This document shows, piece by piece, positions 51,690 through 62,860 of a DNA stretch of 64,000 bases. Both the position numbers and the translations under genes were made by a program. The notes below the pieces were generated by a model. That model searched no databases. It was not told the origin of the DNA and worked only from the letters and a program-made list of their open reading frames with translations. The stretch comes from Candidatus Bathyarchaeota archaeon (GTDB lineage: Archaea; Thermoproteota; Bathyarchaeia; Bathyarchaeales; Bathycorpusculaceae). The stretch's first letter is position 1. Every line of letters begins with the position of its first letter. The stretch covers positions 1 through 64,000 of the forward strand of contig CAWEPZ010000008.1 of NCBI GenBank assembly GCA_963811105.1, read 5' to 3'.

Positions 51690-53529
51690 TAGTCCAGTTA
51701 TAGGCAGTAACACCATCATATTGTCCATAGATAATCATACCGTACGCTGAGGATACACTGTAGTCTCCAAAGATTCCCCATGGGTAACTTGACAGCTCGC
51801 TGGTCCATAATTCCTTTCCTGTTAACAAGTCCCAGCAATGCCAATGTCCATCGTTTAAACGTGCAGCAAATTTTCCGTGATCGGCAACCGCTGTGCTTCC
51901 ACTGTACAGACCCAAAGTAGAGTCGTTAGGGTTCGTTGAAACATTCCACAGTAGATTTCCTGTTGTCAGGCTTGCAGCCATTATGTTGAGACCATAGGCT
52001 ACTCCTGAGGTGGTAGGGGTTATTCCAACCGTGCTAACAGCTATGCCTGCTTGGAAATCACAAGTGCCTAAGGAGCTGAAAGGCCAAGTTATATTGCTTA
52101 TTATCCTAGTAGTGAAATTGTCGGTAACCGGGGCAGTGGTCCAGTTTAACAAACGATAGTTGCCGCTACCAAGACTTTGAACGCTCAAAACGTACGGGTC
52201 TTTGTAAAAGGTGCCTGTCATCCCTGTGAAATTATTGGCGAGACGTGTGATTCCGTTTATGAGAACTGCTCCAGTCCATGGATCATACTTTACAAGACGT
52301 GTACCTATAGACATGAGACAAGGCGTCAGTTGCAGTGGTTCACGAGCTTCAGAGCCAGGTACGCCTATGCCGCCCGCTGCCACAATGGGGGGAGAATAAA
52401 CATATGAAATCACTGTTGGCGCGGTTTCACCTGATGCTAGGGGTCTTTCCCAAAATAATTGTCCTGTGCGTAAGTCGAAGCATTTCCAATAGGTTTGCGT
52501 GGTTGTTCCAACACCAGGTTTTGAGTAAGTCTGATAACATCGCCCATCATAGACTATGGTCGGATTACCCCCGCCCGTAAGTGCTGATCCAGGAGCGCCA
52601 GTGCCTATAGTGCCAGCCCCCAGTTGTCCGCCAGCGAGACTGTTTTGTCCAGTTGAGCCTCCGACAAGTCCTGATATTACGCCTTGGGTTAGCCAAACTA
52701 TGTGTGCAGTTTTTGGTGCTTGAACATATGGTATGAAATTGTAATTGCTCATGTAAGTATTTGTTTCAACTGGCCAGTAAGCACTTCCTCCCGTTGCGAC
52801 TCCACCTATGCTGCCAGGGGCCCCGCATACTCCCGTCGCAGGGTAGTTTCCTAGTATAGGCCACCATTCTCTATTGTCGGGCTGGGCGGGTCTTGTCCAG
52901 TAGTCCGTTGGAAGTGTAGATGAAGGCCAAGAAGCGACTGGTTGACTTTGTACTATAAATGTTTCCACCGGACTGACTGATGGCTTATAGTAGGCTGATT
53001 GGGTGAAACTGTAGATTGTATTTACCGACGCTGATGCCTGCGATGTATAATTTCCCGGAGGGAAATAGCCGCCGGGGAAGTTAAATTGTATTGTCCAGTT
53101 GCCTAGCTGATCGGGTGCATACGTAAAGTATCCTGTTGTGTCTGCAAAAAAGGAATTGAATGGACCTACGGTGACTTTGGTTTCGTCAGGTTTTGTCATT
53201 GTGACTGTGTAACCTGTGTAGCATCGGCTTTGGTGAACTGGGGGCTCCGTCCATACGTTTACTAGGAGATATTGACCGAGGCCTATTGGGTTAGGACTAA
53301 ATGCTATTCGAGATAGAGTATCAAAACTCTGGTCAGGAGTGATACCTGCGGGTAGTGCCTGAGAGTATCCAGTTTGATTATTAGTTGGTGTGACTCCGGC
53401 AGGTAAGACGGCTTGAGCTTCAACTAATTGGATTGGTTTCGATGGCAATGCCATTAGTGTCGCAGAAGCAAGCATTAGAGCTATGAATATCAATGCAAAA
53501 GTTTTCTTTTCTATTACAAAAGTCTTCAT
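51676..53529 (-). pseudogene. PQQ beta-propeller surface protein, 3'-truncated
   Basis: Paralog of the 9599 and 54061 genes. Homology stops at ...GVTAYNWT at the repeat; the remaining ~280 aa and anchor are missing here. Confidence 0.85.
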
Positions 53530-53689
53530 TTTCTTTTTTCTTCTGTTTTTGTTTGAGAAAGAGCTATCTTTCGAAGTTTTGCCCTTTCCCTAAATTAGGC
53601 TTGCAGTCAGGTATCTTATAAGTATGCTGGAAAGTAGTTGCTGATAAGGTAACCACAAAACAAGACAACACTTACCATATTTTATCATT

Positions 53690-53739
53690 CAGCAAACAAA
53701 ACTCGGGAAGTCTAAAGATTTTACATTACTGTTGGGATT
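53690..53739 (+). repeat. 50-bp direct repeat, copy 2
   Basis: See copy 1 at 51640-51689. Confidence 0.9.
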
Positions 53740-54060
53740 GCTGAGGCTCTGAAAGTCACTAAGGAGAAAAAAAATTGTTAAACATTTCTTAATTGCTGGC
53801 TAAAAGCGTCTATTCAGCCTCTTGCACTCGCGACATAACACTTTTTCTAGGAGAACATATGCTAGAAACTCAGTTTTAACCGCATGTTGAAAGTGCATAC
53901 TGAATACAACGAGAATATTTTTGGGTGACTTGTTTGGCGCATCCTTTAGGTTGGATATAATCAAGAAGATTCGATACAATTTGCTACATCTGATATTTAG
54001 GAAAGATTTAAAATAAAACAGCCGATAAAGAAAGAGTCAAAAATAGGAGAAAAAAGAAAA

Positions 54061-56664
54061 ATGAACATTAAATTCTCAGCAAATCTAAAAACAACCACAG
54101 CAATCGCTATAATGATACTAATTTTCTCTATTCTAATATCTACAATGCCTGTTCAAGCACAAGCTCAGATAACTGGCGGAGCACCTCAAAGCTCCAATTA
54201 CACAGGAGGACCTTTGCCAACAGGTGTCACTCCAAACGATACAATTGAAACCATAGCCTATCTCAGCGTTAGCCCCAACCCCATCGGAGTCGGCCAACTA
54301 TTACTCGTAAACATGTGGCTTCAACCACCCGTAATTGTTAACCGAGTAGTCGTTGGATACAACGTCGTAATAACAAAACCGGACGGAACCAAAGATACCA
54401 TAGGACCTTTGAACTCCTATCAAGGAGACGCAACAAATTGGTTCACTTACCTTCCCCAACAAGCTGGCAATTACACCTTCCAACTCTTCTATGCAGGCAC
54501 ATATTATCCAGCAGGATACTACAATCAGGGAATAGTTTACAGCACATCTCAAACAGGCGGAAGTGCACTTCTCCAATCAGCCTACTATCTACCTAGCAAC
54601 AGTGCAGTCGTAAAACTTACGGTGCAGGCAGACCCTGTGGCAAGTTGGCCTCCATCTACTCTTCCTACGGACTACTGGTCTCGCCCTATATCGCCAAATA
54701 ATAGAGAATGGTGGGTAATTGCAGGAAACTTTCCGTTTAGCGGAATAGGAGGGGGAGCAAATTGGCCTGCTTACACGAACATATACGAGAGCAACTACAA
54801 GTTTGTTCCCTATGTACAAGCGCCAACCAGTGCACACGTATTATGGAGACAACAATTCGCAATAGGGGGTCTTATCGGAGGTACCCAAGGACAAACATCG
54901 GTATCTATGGGAATAGTTTCTCAAGGCGTTCCACATTTAATTTATGACGGAAGATGTTATGAGACTCTAACTAAAGTCATGCCTCAAATAATCAATGGTT
55001 CAATCGTCAATCAGCCGGCATCTGTTTGGGAATGCTTTGACCTGCAAACAGGACAAGTATATTGGGATCAGACAGGCATAACCCAACCCCCGACATTCAT
55101 TACCTACGGCAGTAGTAGTCCAAGCGTACCCGGTGCGACTTCAGGTGAGACATCTGCAATTTACTTGGTATACATAGGCAGTAGCAGACTCGTAGAATAT
55201 GACCCATACACAGGAGCCGTAGTCGTGAACGTTTCAATTCCAGTGACATCAGGCACAGTCTATGCGGACCCCTGGGTTCTAAGCATACAAACAATTGGAA
55301 CAGGCGCAGCAACGCAGTACTATTTAATTAACTGGACCGTTACGGGAACTAGCACAAACTTTGCAACAAGAGTGAATAGCAACGTTTCTTATCCGTTCAG
55401 CACAATAGGCACTGCTGACTTCGAATCAATGATAGCTGTCAACACAGCCTCGATAACGCCTTCAGCTACCGGAACAGCTCAAGGCCAAATCCTTATGGGC
55501 TCCAGCTTAGTAACAGGAAAACTGCTATGGAACGTTTCAACCAGCGTTACCGCTTCGGAAATTTTCTTCGCATCGCTTACTTTTGTCGCTGACCATGGAA
55601 AATTCGCCGCACGCATGGATGATGGTTACATTGAAGCATGGGATCTGAAAACTGGCGCAGTAGCTTGGAAAACTTTGATGCCTACTCCCTGGGGAGAATT
55701 TGGAGTTTACGATGTATATTCGGCATATGGCCTTCTTTATTCAAATGCATATGATGGCGTTCGCGCACTTAACTGGACCAACGGAAACATAGAATGGACA
55801 TACCAATCAGACGCTGTTCCATTCGAAACTCCATACACTAACTCAACCGGTTCAGACGTTTACTCTTTCAGTGCACCGGGATATGTTGCTGACGGAAAAA
55901 TCTACACATTCAATTGCGAACACACCCCCAGCGAGCCCTTAACCAGAGGATGGAAACTCTACTGCATCAACGCTACTACAGGTGCGGGCATATGGAACAT
56001 AACGTTCATGAGTTTAGGACAGAATGGACCTGGCGCTAGAGGCTTCCAAGGTGCTATTGCCGGAGGCTACCTCGCATACATCAACGAATATGACGGCTAC
56101 CTTTATGTTTTCGGCAAAGGACAATGCGTAACCTCAGTCTCAGCTCCACAAACAGCAATCACTTCAGGAACGCCAGCAATCATTTCAGGTACAGTCATGG
56201 ACCAATCACCAGCACAGTCAGGCACGCCAGCCGTTTCAGACGCATCAATGGGAACATACATGGAGTACTTGCATATGCAACAGCCAATCGACGGACTATT
56301 CCATAACACAATCGTTACGGGTGTCCCAGTATCTATTGATGCAGTTGACCCTAACCAAAACTATATACACATTGCAGATACCACGAGCGATGTCAGTGGA
56401 TTATTCTCATACACTTGGACTCCAACACTCGCAGGTGACTACAAGATATATGCAACATTTGCAGGTAGCGGTTCTTACGGAAGCTCATATGCAGAAACAG
56501 CAGCCCATGTTGTCAATGCACCAGCGACAACATCTACTCCCACGCAAACAACTCAAACTTCAGCAGCAACCGCAACAGACGTAATGGCATACACAGTTGC
56601 CGCCGCCGTCGCCATAATCATAGCAATCGCTATCGTTGGTTTACTGTTACTTAGGAAAAAATAG
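54061..56664 (+). CDS. Secreted PQQ-binding-like beta-propeller surface protein with C-terminal TM anchor
   Basis: 867 aa with the same architecture as the 9599..12100 gene. Confidence 0.87.
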   Translation: MNIKFSANLKTTTAIAIMILIFSILISTMPVQAQAQITGGAPQSSNYTGGPLPTGVTPNDTIETIAYLSVSPNPIGVGQLLLVNMWLQPPVIVNRVVVGYNVVITKPDGTKDTIGPLNSYQGDATNWFTYLPQQAGNYTFQLFYAGTYYPAGYYNQGIVYSTSQTGGSALLQSAYYLPSNSAVVKLTVQADPVASWPPSTLPTDYWSRPISPNNREWWVIAGNFPFSGIGGGANWPAYTNIYESNYKFVPYVQAPTSAHVLWRQQFAIGGLIGGTQGQTSVSMGIVSQGVPHLIYDGRCYETLTKVMPQIINGSIVNQPASVWECFDLQTGQVYWDQTGITQPPTFITYGSSSPSVPGATSGETSAIYLVYIGSSRLVEYDPYTGAVVVNVSIPVTSGTVYADPWVLSIQTIGTGAATQYYLINWTVTGTSTNFATRVNSNVSYPFSTIGTADFESMIAVNTASITPSATGTAQGQILMGSSLVTGKLLWNVSTSVTASEIFFASLTFVADHGKFAARMDDGYIEAWDLKTGAVAWKTLMPTPWGEFGVYDVYSAYGLLYSNAYDGVRALNWTNGNIEWTYQSDAVPFETPYTNSTGSDVYSFSAPGYVADGKIYTFNCEHTPSEPLTRGWKLYCINATTGAGIWNITFMSLGQNGPGARGFQGAIAGGYLAYINEYDGYLYVFGKGQCVTSVSAPQTAITSGTPAIISGTVMDQSPAQSGTPAVSDASMGTYMEYLHMQQPIDGLFHNTIVTGVPVSIDAVDPNQNYIHIADTTSDVSGLFSYTWTPTLAGDYKIYATFAGSGSYGSSYAETAAHVVNAPATTSTPTQTTQTSAATATDVMAYTVAAAVAIIIAIAIVGLLLLRKK

Positions 56665-56956
56665 AATAAACAAGAAACCCACAAAACCCTTTTCCTTTTT
56701 TATTAAGGTACGAAATCAGGCTTAACGTCACACTACAAAATAGGCCGCCAAGTTGCACGAGCTTCAAAAACATTGTAAAAAAGTGTCTTCGCGAAAATAA
56801 ATTTGAAGTATTCTGGTATATGAAGTTGATATATGGTTTCTAACCAATTATTATAGTATTAAGACTTGCGCAACTGTATTGCTAAATTCGGTACAACTCG
56901 ATGAAAGAAATATCGCTTATAACGCATGACTTGACTGTGGAATATATCTGAAGAAA

Positions 56957-57321
56957 GTGACTGCGTTGACTGTAGAATTAATGGAAACTGCCTTTAGACG
57001 TCGTGGAAATTTTGGCACACTAACCGAAATTATGGGTATCTGCAAGAATGGGTGTTCGTCGACTCAAATCATGTTTAAAGCGAACCTTAGTTTTACCCAA
57101 CTGAAACAGTATTTGGCTTCTCTTTTAAAATGGGTCTCCTTGAAAAGGTTGAGCGTGAGGGTAAGCGCCTCTATAGGTCGACAAATAAGGGTTTGGAGTT
57201 TATGGTTCTGCAACAACAAATAATTAATCTGTTAAATGATAAAGACTCGAGATGTTGTTCTAAGCGTCCTTTATCGGGCGTTATTCTTTTCCCACGAAAT
57301 AATTCAAGGTTAATGTTTTAA
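56957..57321 (+). CDS. ArnR1-like winged-helix transcriptional regulator (frameshift near 57130)
   Basis: RRG....TEIMGICKNG...TQIMFKANLSFTQLKQYL, joined to GLLEK....YRSTNKG.EF. Confidence 0.8.
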
Positions 57322-57513
57322 AAATTTTCTTGTGAAGTATTCACTGATTTTTTAGACGTTTTATTGAGTCTGCTTCGTGTGCAGTTTATGTCTGTGTGGT
57401 TTCCAAGCAAGGTATAATGCTGTAGTTAAAATGAGAGCTAAATTTTTTATATTTGAGAAGAGGAGGCTGTTAATAATAAGATGCAAATTTCCCAGTGCCA
57501 ATGTAGAGGTTTG

Positions 57514-58170
57514 TTATGTTATTCTGGTGGCTGTTTCTATGATGACACCTTTTTTTCCCAGAGTATAAGTTAGCCTTCGCGTCGGGATTATTGTTCCTGA
57601 CATTTTCCTTATTATCAGATGTCTCATGGTTGAGTCGGCTGACCAAGTTAATGCGAAGTTTATTGAGCCTTCCGCGAAATGGTTCAAGGTTGCTTCCGCT
57701 TGCGGGTCTTGCATGCCTTCAGTGATAAGGATCAGATGGAAATTTTGGCTTTTTCTGTTCTGATGCGTCATGGCAGTTACTAAGTTAGCGATTTCTCCGA
57801 TTTTGTGGATAAGCAACAGCTCTGAAAGAGAGTCAATCACAATGGTTCTACACTGCTGCATTTCCTCTAAAACATTTTTCAGCAGTTCATTTGAGGTTGT
57901 GTTTTTGAGGCTCTTGAATCTCCAAGCCCCCGCATCCTCACACGACACTGTGTCCCATCCGTAAGCCGCCATATCCTCTCGAACGCTCTCTGCCGAAACG
58001 TTAACTGTAAAATAAGTGACTGGACACGTCTGCACCCTGTTGAATAGGACTTGTTTTGCAAAGACTTCGTTTCCTGAACCTGGCGCACCTGTGAGAAGTA
58101 TGATTTTTGGGGGCAGTCCGCCCATTAAGAATTCGTCGAGGCCGGCAATTCCAGTTTTCACAGTTTTCAT
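57514..58170 (-). CDS. KaiC/RecA-superfamily ATPase (degenerate Walker A)
   Basis: KTGIAGLDEFLMGGLP, GAPGSGNE, IVIDSLS, LIIRKM. Confidence 0.85.
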   Translation of the reverse strand: MKTVKTGIAGLDEFLMGGLPPKIILLTGAPGSGNEVFAKQVLFNRVQTCPVTYFTVNVSAESVREDMAAYGWDTVSCEDAGAWRFKSLKNTTSNELLKNVLEEMQQCRTIVIDSLSELLLIHKIGEIANLVTAMTHQNRKSQNFHLILITEGMQDPQAEATLNHFAEGSINFALTWSADSTMRHLIIRKMSGTIIPTRRLTYTLGKKGVIIETATRIT

Positions 58171-58421
58171 TGACAGTTAACCTTTTCTGATATGAATATG
58201 AATTGCTTAGTATTAACTTTTGTAGAGTTAAGATATTAATTACATGTCCAATTGCTTTTCATTACCTTTTTTTAAGGTCAAAGAATTGAATGATTCTAAC
58301 TTTTTTTGTTGTTATTCTTGATATATTTTAGAAATTGAATATAGAGTATTAATTCATCATACTTTTAAGCATGCACTTCTAAATGGAGAACCAGTAAATC
58401 AAGAATAAAGGCGAAATAGAA

Positions 58422-58901
58422 ATGAAATTTGGAAAAACAATAAGGAATTTCCGTAAAGATGTACGCGCAATCTCACCAGTAATTGCCACTCTACTAATGA
58501 TAGCCATCGCAGTCGTCGCTTCCTTAGTTACTTACGCTTGGGTTATGGGATACATGAACTTCACAACAGAGAAGACCGGCAAAGCAATACAGATACAGAG
58601 TGTTTCCTACAGGTACGGAGGACCAATTGACGTATTTACAATATATGTACAAAACGTTGGCGACTCAGATCTTCAGCTTAGCAACTGCTAACAGTGTCAT
58701 TCATAAACGGTGCAGTATCTACGGCCTCGGGATAACTGGCACCTCTGGAGCTACCACTACTCTGAGATAAGGGCTAATACAGCCATCTATAACTGGCAAC
58801 AGCGCGCAAGTCTACTAGCAGGCGTTCAATCGATAACTATCAAAGTGACAACAACAGACGGAACATTCAGCCAAATAACTCAGCAATTCACTATCGTATA
58901 A
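58422..58901 (+). CDS. Archaeal type IV pilin (class III signal peptide), frameshifted
   Basis: RKDVRA/ISPVIATLLMIAIAV; YVQNVG; C-terminal ITIKVTTTDGTF lies in another frame. Confidence 0.8.
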
Positions 58902-58993
58902 GTGTGGATTGTTTTGAGCATTTTTTCTTTTATTTTTTTTATTAACAGAGTCGATGAAGGAAGCGTTAACATGAATGAGGGGAAATCGCTAAG

Positions 58994-60661
58994 TTGACAT
59001 CTCAAAGGAAACTATTTTCGCGCAAGAAACCAGTAAAACTTCTGGAACCTGTCTTAGATTTATCTGAAAAAATAGGTAAGAAAAAAGGTTTGTCCCTAAA
59101 AGTACCATCATTCACCAAAAAAACAAGGTTGCCAAATCCTGTTGCTCCCATTCCTGACAGAGAGATACCAGTTTCCGAGCCAGTTAACGAGAAAATCCTC
59201 GAAACTTACTCTCTCATTGAGCCTTATTGTCACGTGAATATTGTGAAGGATTTGGACAGGGGAAACATAAGATACGTGGTTGATGAACCAAAACTCACAA
59301 TCGAAGATGAAACTCACCTTAAGCGGTTAAAAGAAATTCTTAATCAAGTAATAACCCTAAAGCCATCAGATTTACAATCAAAAGAGACTGCTGGAAAATA
59401 CTTAGTTGAGAAGAGTAAAGAAATTTTTGACAACTACGATTTTAAGATAGATGCAGCAACACAAGGTAAACTTCTTTACTGCATTGTTAGGGATAATCTC
59501 GGTTTTGGAAAAATAGATTCCCTAATGCACGACCAATTAATTGAGGACCTTTCATGCGATGGAGTTAATATCCCAATCTTCGTTTGGCATCGCAAGTCCG
59601 AGTCCATACCAACAAACATTCGTTTTGAGACTGAAGAGGAACTTGACTCATTCGCTCTGCGACTTGCATATATGTGTGGAAGTCACGTTTCCATAGCTCA
59701 ACCACTATTAGATGCAAGTCTTCCGGATGGCAGCAGAATCAACCTTACTTACGGCAAAGAGGTTACGCGTAGAGGCTCAACTTTTACCATAAGAAAATTC
59801 AAACTTGACCCATTCACAGTAACCGATCTAATTATTTTTGGCACTATCTCAGCGGAGATGGCTGCTTTCTTGTGGTATGCAGTAGAAAATCGAGTTTCAA
59901 TCCTGGTGGCTGGCGGTATTGCTGCTGGCAAAACTACACTTTTAAACTGTCTAAGCATGTTCATAAAAGCCGACTTAAAAGTCGTATCCATCGAAGATAC
60001 ACCTGAGATTAACCTTCCACATGAAAACTGGATTCCGGCTACCACTAGATCACATTTTGGAATAGCCACAGACTCTGCAGACGTTACATTATTTGATCTT
60101 CTGAAAGCTTCATTGAGACAAAGACCAGACTACATCATAGTTGGTGAAATCAGAGGAGCAGAAGCATACACTCTTTTCCAAGCTGTAAGTACAGGGCACC
60201 TTGGGATGTCAACCGTTCACGCTGAATCAGTTGAATCAGCGGTTTACCGTTTAGAATCAGCACCAATGAACATTCCTCGAACTCTCATCGCTGGAATAGA
60301 CATCATATTGGTTCAAAAACGAGTCGAAATAAAAGGCAAACCTGTGAGAAAAACGGTTGCCGCCTCAGAAATCGTTGGTTTAGATCCTCGTTCAGGAGAA
60401 ATATTAACAAACGAAGTGTATAGATGGAACGCGACTGATGAAACATTCGATTATACTGGTCGAAGTTATATTCTTGAGAAAATAGCTGAAAAAACAGGAA
60501 TAAGCATTGAGCAGGCTGAAGAAGAACTCAAAAATAGAAGAAAAATAATAACCTGGATGGCTAAAAAGGGCATTCGAAATTACAAAGACGTATCCAACAT
60601 AATTCGATCGTATATGGAGAATCCTACTCGCATACTTGCGGAGGCATTAAAAGACGAATAA
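58994..60661 (+). CDS. Type IV pilus/secretion assembly ATPase (VirB11/ArlI-like)
   Basis: IEDLSCDG, GSTFTIRKF, GGIAAGKTT, SIEDTPE, LRQRPDYIIVGEIRG.EA, TGH...STVHA. Confidence 0.93.
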   Translation: MTSQRKLFSRKKPVKLLEPVLDLSEKIGKKKGLSLKVPSFTKKTRLPNPVAPIPDREIPVSEPVNEKILETYSLIEPYCHVNIVKDLDRGNIRYVVDEPKLTIEDETHLKRLKEILNQVITLKPSDLQSKETAGKYLVEKSKEIFDNYDFKIDAATQGKLLYCIVRDNLGFGKIDSLMHDQLIEDLSCDGVNIPIFVWHRKSESIPTNIRFETEEELDSFALRLAYMCGSHVSIAQPLLDASLPDGSRINLTYGKEVTRRGSTFTIRKFKLDPFTVTDLIIFGTISAEMAAFLWYAVENRVSILVAGGIAAGKTTLLNCLSMFIKADLKVVSIEDTPEINLPHENWIPATTRSHFGIATDSADVTLFDLLKASLRQRPDYIIVGEIRGAEAYTLFQAVSTGHLGMSTVHAESVESAVYRLESAPMNIPRTLIAGIDIILVQKRVEIKGKPVRKTVAASEIVGLDPRSGEILTNEVYRWNATDETFDYTGRSYILEKIAEKTGISIEQAEEELKNRRKIITWMAKKGIRNYKDVSNIIRSYMENPTRILAEALKDE

Positions 60662-60665
60662 GCGG

Positions 60666-61532
60666 TTGCTATCTCTCTTTCTTAGAACGGCAAAGTTTGT
60701 TCCTCAATCTCTTATTACAGAATTAAAGAGCATGCAGGATAATCTATCTAAAGCCGCGGTTAAAATCACCTTCGAAGCTTACTTGGGCTTAATGGCCTTC
60801 TCAACAATAATAGCTGCAGTGTTAGGCTTTGGAGTTTCATTACTGATATTCTCAATTAGACTTCCAATTGTACCTGCATTGGTATTTTCAATAATAGCTG
60901 CGATGGTCACTGGCATTGTCGTATTTGGGTTTTGTTATGTTTACCCTGTTCTCACGATTTCGTCTAAGGTGAGAAAGATAGAGTCAAATTTGCCATTAAC
61001 AGCTAATTTCATGGCGGTGCTAGCAAGTTCAGGCATGCCTCCCGAACGTATTTTTCGATCCTTAGCAAATGTCGGCGATGAATTCGGGGTTGGAGAAGAA
61101 ATACGTCGTGCCATTGCTGATACCGAATTGATGGGTTTGGATTTAAATGATGCTTTGAGACGCGCATCTGTAAGGTCGGCTTCAAGAAAGTTTGGCGCAA
61201 TGTTAGATGGCATTGTCACTACTTCCCACATGGGTGGCGATTTGGCGTCTTTTCTTAGAGATGAGTCAGAAAAAGCCAAAAAGCTGCGGGTTACTTCAAT
61301 GAAAAGTTTTCTAGATAGTCTTGCAGGCATGGCCGAAGTCTACGTCAGTTTCATGATTGCACTGCCCTTGGTCCTTGTAGTTATGCTCTCTGTAATGTCA
61401 TTCTTAGGCGGCGGATCAATGCTTGCCGGTATGGATCCTCAAACAGTTTTGTTACTTATGACCTTCATAGTAACACCTGCAGGTGTAGGAATAATGTTGC
61501 TAATGGTCGATTCAATGACACCTCCGAGGTAA
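60666..61532 (+). CDS. Type IV pilus platform protein (TadC/ArlJ-like)
   Basis: T2SS-F domain: IESNLP...MAVLASSG, G.DL..AL, GGDL..FL. Confidence 0.85.
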   Translation: MLSLFLRTAKFVPQSLITELKSMQDNLSKAAVKITFEAYLGLMAFSTIIAAVLGFGVSLLIFSIRLPIVPALVFSIIAAMVTGIVVFGFCYVYPVLTISSKVRKIESNLPLTANFMAVLASSGMPPERIFRSLANVGDEFGVGEEIRRAIADTELMGLDLNDALRRASVRSASRKFGAMLDGIVTTSHMGGDLASFLRDESEKAKKLRVTSMKSFLDSLAGMAEVYVSFMIALPLVLVVMLSVMSFLGGGSMLAGMDPQTVLLLMTFIVTPAGVGIMLLMVDSMTPPR

Positions 61533-61538
61533 ATAATA

Positions 61539-62387
61539 TTGGGCAAAGTTGCAATTAAAAAAAGACAATTAACTTTGGGGCTTTCGATACTTGCCGTAAT
61601 AGTAGCTGTAGCAATTATCGCTATCGTATCATTCTCGGCATTAACAACTTATATCAATGAAATCTTTTTTGTTAGCATATTAGTGATATTAGTCCCTTCG
61701 GCTATTCTTGATTTGAAACACCAACGATGGATATCCTCAATAGAAAACCAGATGCCTCTGCTCGTCAGAGGAGTTGCAGAATCTCAGGAAACCGGGATGA
61801 CCTTAATTAGAGCTTTGGAAAAAGTTGTCGACAACAAAATGGTCAGTGGTCCCCTTTCAAAGGAAGTCAAGCAGTTAGTTATTGAAATGTCCTGGGGTAC
61901 ATCTTTTGAAGATGCACTAACCAATTTCAAAAATCGCATAAACTCACCCATAGTGAACCGCTTCTGTGTTCTTGTTTTGGAAGCAAGCCGATCAGGGGGA
62001 ACAATCAAGAAAGTATTCACTGCAACTGCAGGTTTCATGGAGGAAATGAAGGATATCGACAGGGAAACCGACGCCCAAATGAAACCTTACATAATAGTGA
62101 TTTATGCGGCCTTTGCAGTGTTTATAGTTACAGCAATTCTGCTGGTGCAATCGTTTTTTGCTCCCATGAGTGGTTCTCAGCAAATATCAAGCAATACCGC
62201 CATTGCTGGAGTTGGCGGATTAAAGGATTTCTTCTATCAAGACATGTTGGTTTCAGGTTTAACAGGCGGATTGATGGCAGGAAAAATCGGGGAACGCAGA
62301 GTAGCTGGAGGTATGAAACACTCAATCCTACTAGTCGTAATTGGATACGCCATATTCTTTGCAGGTATACCGCCCAACTGGATGTAA
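61539..62387 (+). CDS. Type IV pilus platform protein (TadB/TadC-like)
   Basis: IENQMP...AESQETGMTL..AL, MSWG.SFE.AL, GLMAGKI...G.KH. Confidence 0.85.
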   Translation: MGKVAIKKRQLTLGLSILAVIVAVAIIAIVSFSALTTYINEIFFVSILVILVPSAILDLKHQRWISSIENQMPLLVRGVAESQETGMTLIRALEKVVDNKMVSGPLSKEVKQLVIEMSWGTSFEDALTNFKNRINSPIVNRFCVLVLEASRSGGTIKKVFTATAGFMEEMKDIDRETDAQMKPYIIVIYAAFAVFIVTAILLVQSFFAPMSGSQQISSNTAIAGVGGLKDFFYQDMLVSGLTGGLMAGKIGERRVAGGMKHSILLVVIGYAIFFAGIPPNWM

Positions 62388-62392
62388 AAAAA

Positions 62393-62845
62393 ATGAAGAA
62401 ACTATTTAGAAACCGAAAGGCAGTTTCACCAGTGATCGCCACCGTATTGATGATATTAGTAACAATGGCTGGTATGTCGATTCTTTTTGGGTTTGTGATT
62501 TCATATTCTGATGCGTACAAAGCAGGTGTTGGAAGTTCTGTTATGGAGTCTTTAACCGTCGAAGACATATGGTTAAGCCCGCATACTACCACTTATAATT
62601 CTGAAGTTCAAATATCTGTCTACAATGTTGGAAAAGTAGATTCCACAATAACATCGATGTATGCAAACGGCTTAAAATTAACTGAAAATGGCACCCTCAA
62701 CTTAAACAAACCCATAGCCGTTGGCCAACATCTAACCATAACTCTTGACTGGAGCCCGAACCGTTGGGTTCATGGTCAAGAATATACATTTAGAGTTTCA
62801 ACATTGAGCGGATCTAACTTCGACATTAAATATACAGCGCCATAA
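62393..62845 (+). CDS. Archaeal type IV pilin
   Basis: RNRKA/VSPVIATVLMI; ESLTVED; VYNVG; FRVST..GS.F. Confidence 0.85.
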   Translation: MKKLFRNRKAVSPVIATVLMILVTMAGMSILFGFVISYSDAYKAGVGSSVMESLTVEDIWLSPHTTTYNSEVQISVYNVGKVDSTITSMYANGLKLTENGTLNLNKPIAVGQHLTITLDWSPNRWVHGQEYTFRVSTLSGSNFDIKYTAP

Positions 62846-62860
62846 ACTGGGAGATGAAGA

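Noticed and set aside
22256-58901. Programmed frameshifting or mass pseudogenisation (GTPase, NTase 3, MFS, prenyltransferase, InlB-like protein, wHTH, pilin)
   Set aside because: Scattered single-base indels, several in short runs or dinucleotide repeats, with both halves otherwise intact, are typical of long-read consensus error. Read polishing is needed to confirm.
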